From contig NC_017039.1 in assembly GCF_000284455.1 (NCBI RefSeq), positions 1,170,001 through 1,202,000 of the forward strand: a stretch of 32,000 nucleotides of DNA, in the 5' to 3' direction. Under the pieces are notes generated by a model. It ran no database searches. It had not been told where the DNA came from and worked only from the letters and a program-made list of their open reading frames with translations. This DNA is from Synechocystis sp. PCC 6803 substr. PCC-P. GTDB taxonomy: Bacteria > Cyanobacteriota > Cyanobacteriia > Cyanobacteriales > Microcystaceae. Numbering within the stretch: position 1 is the stretch's first letter; each line of letters starts with the position of its first letter. The translations under genes and the position numbers were made by a program. Positions 14,966 to 22,110 of this stretch are shown here, piece by piece.

Positions 14966-15493
14966 TTAACGTAAATCTGGCAGAACAGCATCCCGACCTT
15001 TAATGGCACAACCTTCGTCCACCATCCCAATGGGAGTGCCGGAAACCCCCAAGCCTCCCACCACTTTGCCCTGGGAAATCAAGGTCACTCCGCCGGGAAA
15101 AAGGGTGATGCCCGTGAGGGGATCGGCAGGCATGGGCCATGTGCCCACTCCCTGGGCTCCCTTTGCTTGCATTGACGCCAAAATACCAGAAGTCCTGTCC
15201 AAATTATGATTGGTAGCTAGGGTAACGGCGGAATAGGCTTTATTGAATGAAGTTTGCACCGTATGCACAAGGGCCCCATCGCTACGAATGACCACCAACA
15301 CATTACCTTCGGGATTGACGACGGTGGCCGTAACCCCATAACCTTCCTGACGACAAGCGGCGATCGCCGACTGGGCCGCTTTAATGGCAATTTCCGCAGG
15401 TAAAACGGGGGTTTCTTCTAGGGCCAAAGCTGGTAGAGCTAAACCCGTTAAAGCAATGGTAGTTAATAGCGGAGTAAAAGTAAATTTGAGCAT
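14966..15493 (-). CDS. Exported GlcG/HbpS-like (DUF336) protein, paralogue 2
   Basis: Signal peptide MLKFTFTPLLTTIALTGLALPALA. Core motifs are VTATVVNPEGNVLVVIRSDGA..HT and GGLGVSGTPIGMVDEGCA. Both Cys positions are conserved with paralogue 1 (ACRQ/TCQQ and EGCA/QTCG). Confidence 0.75.
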   Translation of the reverse strand: MLKFTFTPLLTTIALTGLALPALALEETPVLPAEIAIKAAQSAIAACRQEGYGVTATVVNPEGNVLVVIRSDGALVHTVQTSFNKAYSAVTLATNHNLDRTSGILASMQAKGAQGVGTWPMPADPLTGITLFPGGVTLISQGKVVGGLGVSGTPIGMVDEGCAIKGRDAVLPDLR

Positions 15494-15554
15494 GGTGAAA
15501 TTCCTTGTTTGACAACAAAATTGCTGGGATATTTTAGGCTAATTATTCTGTTAA

Positions 15555-16562
15555 TTAACTGGTGGCACTAGGGACAAAATTAGGCACATTGGGATAAACA
15601 TTTTGAATATCTTCCCGAATGGTATTGGGGTCATTTAATGCAAAGTTGGCAATGTCAATTTTTTTCATAAACGCCACCCCTGGTTTTGCCATCACATACT
15701 TAAGAAAATCTTCAAATACATAAACATGCTCCGGCCGTTGCAGGCGATCGTGCATTGTTACCGCCATCATCCGTCGTCGATAGGCAGCTTCCTCATAAAG
15801 GCGATCGAAAGAGTTTTTCAACTCGGTTAAGTACTGGCCAGAGGAAAAGAAGCGGGCCTCATAAGCACGAATATCATTCAGATAAACGGCGTAGGGCACC
15901 ACCATGATAGATTTGCCGTTGTTGAGGTTAACAATGAAAGGTTCATCCCGGCTGACATCATCAATGTGATAAACAAAACCCAATTCATTCAGTACAGTAA
16001 GAATATTGACAGAACCCCGTAAACCCGGGGCATTGTAGCCCACTGCCCGCTGTCCTGTAACTTTTAGGATTATGTCCACATTACGTTGAATAAAGTCCCT
16101 TTCCTGGGGCGCGGTCATATTAAATTCATTGTCCCAATCCCAACCATGGGCCGCCGCTTCATGGCCCCGTTGGACAATTTCCTTGGCCCGGTCTGGATAC
16201 ATTTCCACCGTGCGCCCAGACATGTGGGAAGTGATTTTAATTTTGTACTTATCTAGTAAATCGAGAATACGGGGAACCCCTTCCGTATAGCCATAGCGGT
16301 ACCAAGTAATGGTGGGCATATCGTAGTAATCCGGCGGCGGGGTAAAGTTTCCAAAGGGAGTAGGAGCACCTTTGGCCGGCTGACTGCCTGTTTCAAACAT
16401 TAAAGACAGGGAAATAGGCAAACGGATATTGTCGGGCCAAAATTTACCGCCCCTATTGCTAGATTGTTGCGCCAACAGTGGCTTATTGCCCATCAAAGCG
16501 TAACTGGCGATCGCCCCGGCTCCGGTGGCCAGGCCATATTTAAACAGATCTCTTCTTTGCAT
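15555..16562 (-). CDS. Tat-exported polysaccharide-deacetylase-fold protein, PuuE-like (divergent NodB domain)
   Basis: Twin-arginine signal MQRRDLFKYGLATGAGAIASYAL..AQQ. The body has LSLMFETGS in place of the canonical TFDDG, then GHEAAAHGWDW. This resembles the metal-independent PuuE/allantoinase-like branch (from memory). Confidence 0.6.
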   Translation of the reverse strand: MQRRDLFKYGLATGAGAIASYALMGNKPLLAQQSSNRGGKFWPDNIRLPISLSLMFETGSQPAKGAPTPFGNFTPPPDYYDMPTITWYRYGYTEGVPRILDLLDKYKIKITSHMSGRTVEMYPDRAKEIVQRGHEAAAHGWDWDNEFNMTAPQERDFIQRNVDIILKVTGQRAVGYNAPGLRGSVNILTVLNELGFVYHIDDVSRDEPFIVNLNNGKSIMVVPYAVYLNDIRAYEARFFSSGQYLTELKNSFDRLYEEAAYRRRMMAVTMHDRLQRPEHVYVFEDFLKYVMAKPGVAFMKKIDIANFALNDPNTIREDIQNVYPNVPNFVPSATS

Positions 16563-16565
16563 AAT

Positions 16566-17453
16566 TCAGGACTCCTTGGTGGTTGCAAAAGTGGTTAAAA
16601 TTGCCTGGAAAATTTCCTCCGGTGCTTCCTCAGGAATGTAATGGCCACACTGTTCAATCACGTAACCAGTAATGTCATCACAATAGGGAGATAAACCGTT
16701 ATAAATTAAAGATTTAGTGGCAAATTCTCCCCCCATAGTAAAAATTGGCTGACTAAAATGCGTCTCCGCCGTGGGAGTATTAGCCTTTGTTGTTTCCTCT
16801 AGGGCAGAGTACCAAAGAAAACCAGCTTTCATTGCCCCAGGACGACTATAGTAACGAGCATAGTAATCCATGACTTCGGGGGTAAGATTCTGCTTCCGTT
16901 TAGATTTATTAGTGAAATACCAACTGAGATATTCATTTTCTTTTCCTGTAACCAAACTACTAGCTAAATCCGGCACCATATGAAAATAAAACTGCCAAAC
17001 TTTTGGTGCATTAACCACAGAGAAGAAATCGTTACTAACCAAACCGGGAATAGCTGCATCAATTAATCCTGCCCCCAGCACAGCTTCTGGAAAAAATTTC
17101 AGCACTGTAAAGGCAACCCAAGCCCCCACATCATGACCCACTAAGTAAAAAGAATTAATTTCTTTTTTGGCTAAAAAGGCTTTAATTTCCCTCGCCGCTG
17201 TGCCGCAATCATAGGGGCCATCGGGAATATCGGAATCCCCCTGACCCCTCATATCCAGGGCAATTACCCGGAAATGCTCTCCCAATTGTTCTAGCAATAG
17301 CCGCCAGACGTAGCAGGTTTGGGGCCAGCCCCCCAGTAGAAGTAATGGTTGCCCGCTTCCCCCTTCAATGGCATGAAGATTCACTCCTTCAACGTCGGTA
17401 TAGGTATGCTCAAAGCTTGATGGCAAGGCGATAGGAATAAAGGGGCTATTCAT
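16566..17453 (-). CDS. Alpha/beta-fold hydrolase, epoxide-hydrolase/haloacid-dehalogenase-like (Asp nucleophile)
   Basis: 295 aa with no signal peptide. Has LLLLGGWPQTCYVWR (the HGxP-W box with G replacing H), the nucleophile elbow LVGHDVGAW (G-H-D-x-G), and a C-terminal GHYIPEE (His of the triad). Confidence 0.8.
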   Translation of the reverse strand: MNSPFIPIALPSSFEHTYTDVEGVNLHAIEGGSGQPLLLLGGWPQTCYVWRLLLEQLGEHFRVIALDMRGQGDSDIPDGPYDCGTAAREIKAFLAKKEINSFYLVGHDVGAWVAFTVLKFFPEAVLGAGLIDAAIPGLVSNDFFSVVNAPKVWQFYFHMVPDLASSLVTGKENEYLSWYFTNKSKRKQNLTPEVMDYYARYYSRPGAMKAGFLWYSALEETTKANTPTAETHFSQPIFTMGGEFATKSLIYNGLSPYCDDITGYVIEQCGHYIPEEAPEEIFQAILTTFATTKES

Positions 17454-17473
17454 AGATTATTGACTGAGTAAAT

Positions 17474-18337
17474 TTAGTTAGTTTGATAAGTTTGTCGCAA
17501 AAATTTCAGTCCATCTTGGGCAAGGGCTTCATTACTGGGAGCCACCGTGCGCCACAAGCGGGCTCCATTAGCCAATTCCTTATCCTCAAAATTAAAACTT
17601 TCAATGGTGACCCAACCTTGGTAATCCATGGTTTGTAAGGCTTTAAACCAATGGCCCCAAGCAAAGGAATCACTGCCGGGAGTGCCCCGGTCTTTGGCAC
17701 AGGCATGGATATGAAAACAATGATTGCTCGCTTGTAAAAAAGCTTTGATTACATCCTTTTCTTCAATATTCATGTGGAATAAATCCAGTAATAGCCCCAG
17801 TTGAGGACAATCCACTGCATCGAGCAATTCTAAGCCTTGAGCTACAGTATTTAAAGCATAACCTTGAAAACGATTCAGGGGTTCCACAGCAAACTTCAGA
17901 TCAGTTTTGATCAGAGTTTCCGCTACCAGCTTAAAGGCCTCCTGCATGCGAACATTTTCCCGTTTTTGCAGAGGTTCTCCACTGAGATAACCCACAGGAT
18001 GGGGGAACGGCCCAGAGAGTTGAATGATGCCGCATTGTTGACAGAATTTAATTGCCCTTTCCAGATAAGCAATGGATTCCCGCCAGCAGTCTTCATCCTT
18101 GGTAGTCAAGGATAAACCCCGGGGTAAACTGGTGCAAAAGGTTAGCTCTACACCATACTTTTCGCCATAACTTTTAAGTTGGAGGGGATCAATTTGGTCG
18201 AAATAATGGGTGGCAATTTCTATCCCATCAAATCCCCACCTTTTAGCATCTTGGAAAACATATTCTTCATTACCAAGAAATTCTTTTTTCCAGATAAAAG
18301 TATGAACTCCAAACTTGATTTTGGGGGAAGAAATCAT
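17474..18337 (-). CDS. Xylose-isomerase-like TIM-barrel protein (sugar isomerase/epimerase family)
   Basis: 287 aa with no signal peptide. Has WGFDGIEI, AVEPLNRFQ, LLLDLFHMNIEE and HIHACAKDRGTPG, which are typical of the AP-endonuclease-2/ketose-3-epimerase-like barrel. The start overlaps the upstream stop (ATGA at 18334-18337). Confidence 0.75.
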   Translation of the reverse strand: MISSPKIKFGVHTFIWKKEFLGNEEYVFQDAKRWGFDGIEIATHYFDQIDPLQLKSYGEKYGVELTFCTSLPRGLSLTTKDEDCWRESIAYLERAIKFCQQCGIIQLSGPFPHPVGYLSGEPLQKRENVRMQEAFKLVAETLIKTDLKFAVEPLNRFQGYALNTVAQGLELLDAVDCPQLGLLLDLFHMNIEEKDVIKAFLQASNHCFHIHACAKDRGTPGSDSFAWGHWFKALQTMDYQGWVTIESFNFEDKELANGARLWRTVAPSNEALAQDGLKFLRQTYQTN

Positions 18338-19140
18338 GAGCAGGTTACCGATTTATCACCACGGTTAAAAGCTTCAATTACCTCCACCATACGCTCTAAG
18401 TCTTTATCATTTTTTAGTTTGGCAATTTGGGCAGGTAATTTGTCACTAATGGTGTTGACATATTCCATAAAGTAGGAACTTTGATTAATCCCATATTTGG
18501 GAGCTTCCGAAGCAAAGGCCGCCCTTTGGGCATTGGTCAATTCCGGTAAATTGTTCAAATCAGTAATGCGGGGCCCCACAGCTTGAAAATATTCCCGCAT
18601 CCCACCGTCATGGTAGGGAAAATCCGGTGCAACTTCATTACGCATCCAAACAAAAACAATGGGTAATGTTTTATCCGTAGGATTAACAAAACCATGCATG
18701 TAATGGTTGGGAGAATAAATCAATTGTTTGGGTTCGCTTTGAATGCTATACAAATCTCCCCGACCGGCTCCCCCGACCACAGGTAACTCGTCCATATTGG
18801 GATATTGTTTAGTGCTGTGGAACAGTTCAATACCGCCTTCCGGAGTCCAAAACCATTCATTGATGAAGTAATGAATATGGGGCATGGGGCCGCCTCCGGG
18901 GGGAATTTGGGCGTGGGCGATGGCAAAACCAATGTCCTTGGCACTACAGGAAGCAATATCAAAAATTTCGTTGGCAGGAGTATAAATTAGCAGGGGATCC
19001 GCTAATTTGGGCATGGGAATATCGTCAAAGGTATGAATTTCTGTTTCTGCGGCAACGCTAAAATTTTGCAAAAACAGAATAGTCCCCAACGTCAGAGTTA
19101 AAACTAGACCAATACCCCAAAGTTTGACTTTCAATAGCAT
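18334..19140 (-). CDS. Exported cupin-domain protein, paralogue 2
   Basis: Signal peptide MLLKVKLWGIGLVLTLTLGTILFLQNFSVAA. Perfect cupin motif 1, G(x)5HxH(x)4E(x)6G, as GGGPMPHIHYFINEWFWTPEGG. Motif 2 is HGFVN. Conserved Cys pair (SCSAKD ... VTCS). Confidence 0.85.
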   Translation of the reverse strand: MLLKVKLWGIGLVLTLTLGTILFLQNFSVAAETEIHTFDDIPMPKLADPLLIYTPANEIFDIASCSAKDIGFAIAHAQIPPGGGPMPHIHYFINEWFWTPEGGIELFHSTKQYPNMDELPVVGGAGRGDLYSIQSEPKQLIYSPNHYMHGFVNPTDKTLPIVFVWMRNEVAPDFPYHDGGMREYFQAVGPRITDLNNLPELTNAQRAAFASEAPKYGINQSSYFMEYVNTISDKLPAQIAKLKNDKDLERMVEVIEAFNRGDKSVTCS

Positions 19141-19166
19141 AATTGCTTCTCCAGGCTAATTTAGAT

Positions 19167-19337
19167 TTAAAAACCAAATTTTTGCTTGATAAACGTGTAA
19201 GTGACTTGGCCTAAAAGACAGGCTCCGGCAGCGACTAAGCCTTCAAAAGGGGGAACGGGCAAGGGGAGTTTGAAAAAGCCAAAAATCACTCCTAAGATCC
19301 AGCCGCCAAGAATGGCAAAGCCTAGTTCTTTACTCAT
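19167..19337 (-). CDS. XapX-like small membrane protein (56 aa), not in the supplied ORF track
   Basis: Codon-by-codon manual translation gives MSKELGFAILGGWILGVIFGFFKLPLPVPPFEGLVAAGACLLGQVTYTFIKQKFGF*. It has two hydrophobic helices separated by a P-x-P-x-P-P turn, the pattern I recall for the XapX domain (G.l.G.i......P.PP...l.G..G.l.G). It sits 26-27 nt from both flanking cupin genes. Confidence 0.6.
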   Translation of the reverse strand: MSKELGFAILGGWILGVIFGFFKLPLPVPPFEGLVAAGACLLGQVTYTFIKQKFGF

Positions 19338-19364
19338 AAATTTTCCCAGAAATTGTTGAAAGTA

Positions 19365-20168
19365 TTAAAAGCATTTAACAGTTGCATCGCCTTGATTGTA
19401 GGCATTGATAGTATCGATAATCCGGTTTAAGCTCTGATCATTTTCTAACTTAGTTAATGACGTTGGTAGCTTGCCGCTAACCCCATCTACATACTCAAAA
19501 AAGTAGTAGCTTTGGTTAATACCATAAAGGGGAGCATGGCTGACAAATTCTATTTTGGATTCCTCTGTGATAGCTGGCAAATGCTTTAAATCTTTGATGG
19601 GAATGCCCACGTCCTGGAAATATTCCCGGATGCCACCGTCATGCAATTCGTATTCAGGAGAAATGCCGTCTTCCAACCAAATAAAGGTCAAAGGACGGGT
19701 TTCTGTGGTGGTATTGGCAAAGCCATGGACTCGATATTTGGGCCCGTAAACGATCTGATTGGGTTCAGTATTAACAGTGTACACAGTGGTATTGCCGGCC
19801 TGTTCATCGGTGGCGGGATTCTCCAAATCGGGGTACTCTTTCACACTTTGAAATAGTTGCAGTCCCCCTTTCGGAGTCCAAAACCACTCATTGGTGTAAT
19901 GATGGATGTGAGGTAGTGGTCCCGCCCCTGGGGGAATCTGGGCTTCCGCAATGGTGAAACCAATACCATCGGCATTGCAAGTGGAAAATTCAAAAATTTC
20001 CCCTGCTGGTCCCAGAATTTTTTCTGTTTTTTCTATGTTGGGATGGGGAAAATTATCCAACGTAGAAATTGCCAAGGCTTTAGGAATTGCTATGGTCAAA
20101 GTGCCTAAAACTATCAGTAAAATGAGGCACAACTTGGAAAGTAATGGGGATAAACGTAAAGTTTTCAT
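19365..20168 (-). CDS. Exported cupin-domain protein, paralogue 3
   Basis: Signal peptide MKTLRLSPLLSKLCLILLIVLGTLTIAIPKALA. Motif 1 is GAGPLPHIHHYTNEWFWTPKGG and motif 2 is HGFAN. About 50% identical by eye to paralogue 2 along its full length. Conserved Cys pair (TCNADG ... VKCF). Confidence 0.85.
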   Translation of the reverse strand: MKTLRLSPLLSKLCLILLIVLGTLTIAIPKALAISTLDNFPHPNIEKTEKILGPAGEIFEFSTCNADGIGFTIAEAQIPPGAGPLPHIHHYTNEWFWTPKGGLQLFQSVKEYPDLENPATDEQAGNTTVYTVNTEPNQIVYGPKYRVHGFANTTTETRPLTFIWLEDGISPEYELHDGGIREYFQDVGIPIKDLKHLPAITEESKIEFVSHAPLYGINQSYYFFEYVDGVSGKLPTSLTKLENDQSLNRIIDTINAYNQGDATVKCF

Positions 20169-20194
20169 GACGTTGACTAGGATTTGAGGAAAAC

Positions 20195-20638
20195 TTACAA
20201 TGTCTGCGTTTCGGCTATTTTATAAATCTTAATTTCGGCTGGCTTAGCTAATAAATCAGGAGATTTTTCCACAAATTCATGGAAGTAAGGGGTTTGAAAA
20301 TGATAGTCGAGGGCCGCTCGATTCCGCCAAACTTCAAAAAAAAGAAAAGAATTATCTTCCGTTTCATCCTCATAAAAACTGTAGGAAATACAGCCAGGTT
20401 CCGACCGAGAAGGCTCAATAAATGTCTGGGATAGGGCAATAAATTCTTCTTTTTTATCGGGTTTTACCTTAATGTTGCCCGCTACGACAATGGGATCGTC
20501 CGCCCCCTTAACATCCTCTGCCAAACTGGGAGATGGCAGCAAGAAAATGCTAGTAAACACCAAAAAGGAAAGGATAATGGTCAGCCCCCTTTTTAGCAAT
20601 GCTGCTCTGTTATCAGACAGAAAAAAATCAGCTCTCAT
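20195..20638 (-). CDS. Exported ABM-domain (antibiotic-biosynthesis-monooxygenase/Dabb fold) protein
   Basis: N-terminal hydrophobic signal ..GLTIILSFLVFTSIFLLPSPSLA, then a ~95-aa ABM-like core: IKVKPDKKEEFIALSQTFIEPSRSEPGCISYSFYED..FLFFEVWRNRAALDYHFQTPYFHEF. The exact start codon is uncertain. Confidence 0.7.
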   Translation of the reverse strand: MRADFFLSDNRAALLKRGLTIILSFLVFTSIFLLPSPSLAEDVKGADDPIVVAGNIKVKPDKKEEFIALSQTFIEPSRSEPGCISYSFYEDETEDNSFLFFEVWRNRAALDYHFQTPYFHEFVEKSPDLLAKPAEIKIYKIAETQTL

Positions 20639-21121
20639 GTTCAGATATATTAATAAGTTGTCCAGGTCATATCAGCTATACCTTGATTAAGTACCCAGGG
20701 GAAATCAAGCCAGCTGATCGCCGCAATCTTGCCAATTATCAGGCATTATAGGAATCTTCCCTAGCTTAGGCTTAGTACGTTTACAAATATTTACATGGTT
20801 AAATTTTGGCGATCGCCAATGGACAGTCTAGGGACAATTAAAATGTCAAGAATTATTGACTAATTGTCAAGGAATGATAGCTGCAAAACGTCGAAATGGG
20901 TCGAGCTGGATTTCCTCAGTAACATTTCGTTACAGTGGCAATTTAGTCGGGAGATTATGCTATGCTTTGCACCAAATTAGTTCTCTTTGAATTTTTCTTT
21001 CGGAGTGCGGAGTATTCTGGTTCTGAACAGGTGAATTTTTTCAAGCCCGTCACCCGTCGGAACTGACCCCCGCTTTGCTTAAATTAAACTGATTACTTTT
21101 AGTTATCTTGGCAAATCATCT

Positions 21122-21688
21122 ATGTCATCAAGAAAAAATTACTACTTAGGTTTGAAAGCGGACTATTCGCAGCCCGGCCTTGTGCCCGATACCCTCAAGG
21201 AGAAATTAATCGCTGAAGGCATTGCCTACGTAGCCCAAAAGGAAGCCACCCTACCGGCGATCGATGATTCTTACACCCTGGAAGTTATTGAACAGGAAAA
21301 CAAAGATTGGTGGCCAACCCACTGTGAAGCTTTGCGACAGGGTCGGGGAGATATTTTAACCGGGGAATACCGGGAAGATTTGGTTTACTTTTGCCAAGAT
21401 GGTCCCTACTCTGGCCTGGAACAACAACAGGAACGGGAAAAACATTGGTGGGCTTTAATTGCTCAGCCTGGGGTTACCATGGTCTGGCCCATTGTCATGT
21501 TTTACGGTGAACATACTTTCTTTGAATGGAAATGTGTGGACGATGAAACCCACGAAACGATCGCCAAGGGCAATGTCACCTGGGTGCGCCGGGGTCACCG
21601 GGGTGGCTGTTATTTAAAAACAGAACAACTCACTTTTTATCGGGACGTGTTTGCTCCTGATAGTTTACTAAAACTAATCACTACCTAG
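21122..21688 (+). CDS. Hypothetical protein, C-terminal half NTF2/SnoaL-like (tentative)
   Basis: 188-aa ORF with compact spacing to the next gene (11 nt). The C-terminal pattern YREDLVYFCQDG..G......W.......G......V...GE.TFFEWKC.D..T.E.IAKGNVTWVRRG is reminiscent of SnoaL-like folds. The call is weak. Confidence 0.4.
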   Translation: MSSRKNYYLGLKADYSQPGLVPDTLKEKLIAEGIAYVAQKEATLPAIDDSYTLEVIEQENKDWWPTHCEALRQGRGDILTGEYREDLVYFCQDGPYSGLEQQQEREKHWWALIAQPGVTMVWPIVMFYGEHTFFEWKCVDDETHETIAKGNVTWVRRGHRGGCYLKTEQLTFYRDVFAPDSLLKLITT

Positions 21689-21699
21689 GAGTTAGCCCC

Positions 21700-22041
21700 A
21701 TGAGTGAGTTTAAAAACGCTGTGCTGGATGATAAAGACCTCCAGGCAGGTCTGGGTGGGATTAATCCTAAATTTGGTGATTTTTGCACCAGGGTAGCGGG
21801 GGAAGCCTGGGGTTTACCATTAATTGATCAAAAAACTAAAGCCCTAATTGTCATTGCGGTGGATGTGGCTAATCAGACCCTCAGTGGCCCTTTTCAAGCC
21901 CATGTGGATATGGCCCTAAAACAGGGTGCTACTAAGGAAGAAATTGAAGAAGTGCTCTCCTTCATGTGTGTTTATGGTGGCTTTAATAAAGCCGCTGGAG
22001 CTTTTGCCGCCCTAAAAGAAATTTTCGAGCAAAATTCTTAG
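21700..22041 (+). CDS. Carboxymuconolactone decarboxylase (CMD/AhpD-like) family protein
   Basis: 113 aa with GGAG 8 nt upstream. The pattern LIDQKTKALIVIAVDVA......QAHVDMALKQGATKEEIEEVLSFMCVYGGFNKA is typical of the CMD family. Confidence 0.75.
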   Translation: MSEFKNAVLDDKDLQAGLGGINPKFGDFCTRVAGEAWGLPLIDQKTKALIVIAVDVANQTLSGPFQAHVDMALKQGATKEEIEEVLSFMCVYGGFNKAAGAFAALKEIFEQNS

Positions 22042-22110
22042 ATAACTTTTAAAAATCCCCCCTGGTTCCCAACCTCGGAGAAATTTATTCCTCATCAAAT
22101 TAGGAGCTTT

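Noticed and set aside
17474-18337. Idea that the TIM-barrel enzyme lacks the second catalytic Glu of ketose 3-epimerases (HIHACAKDR versus the remembered H.H.GE.NR)
   Set aside because: It depends on an alignment register that I cannot verify by eye, so it is not reported as a finding.
20919-20933. Possible NtcA-type site (GTA...TAC) in GTAACATTTCGTTAC
   Set aside because: The spacing is GTA-N9-TAC, not the canonical GTA-N8-TAC. I could not assign a properly spaced -10 box.
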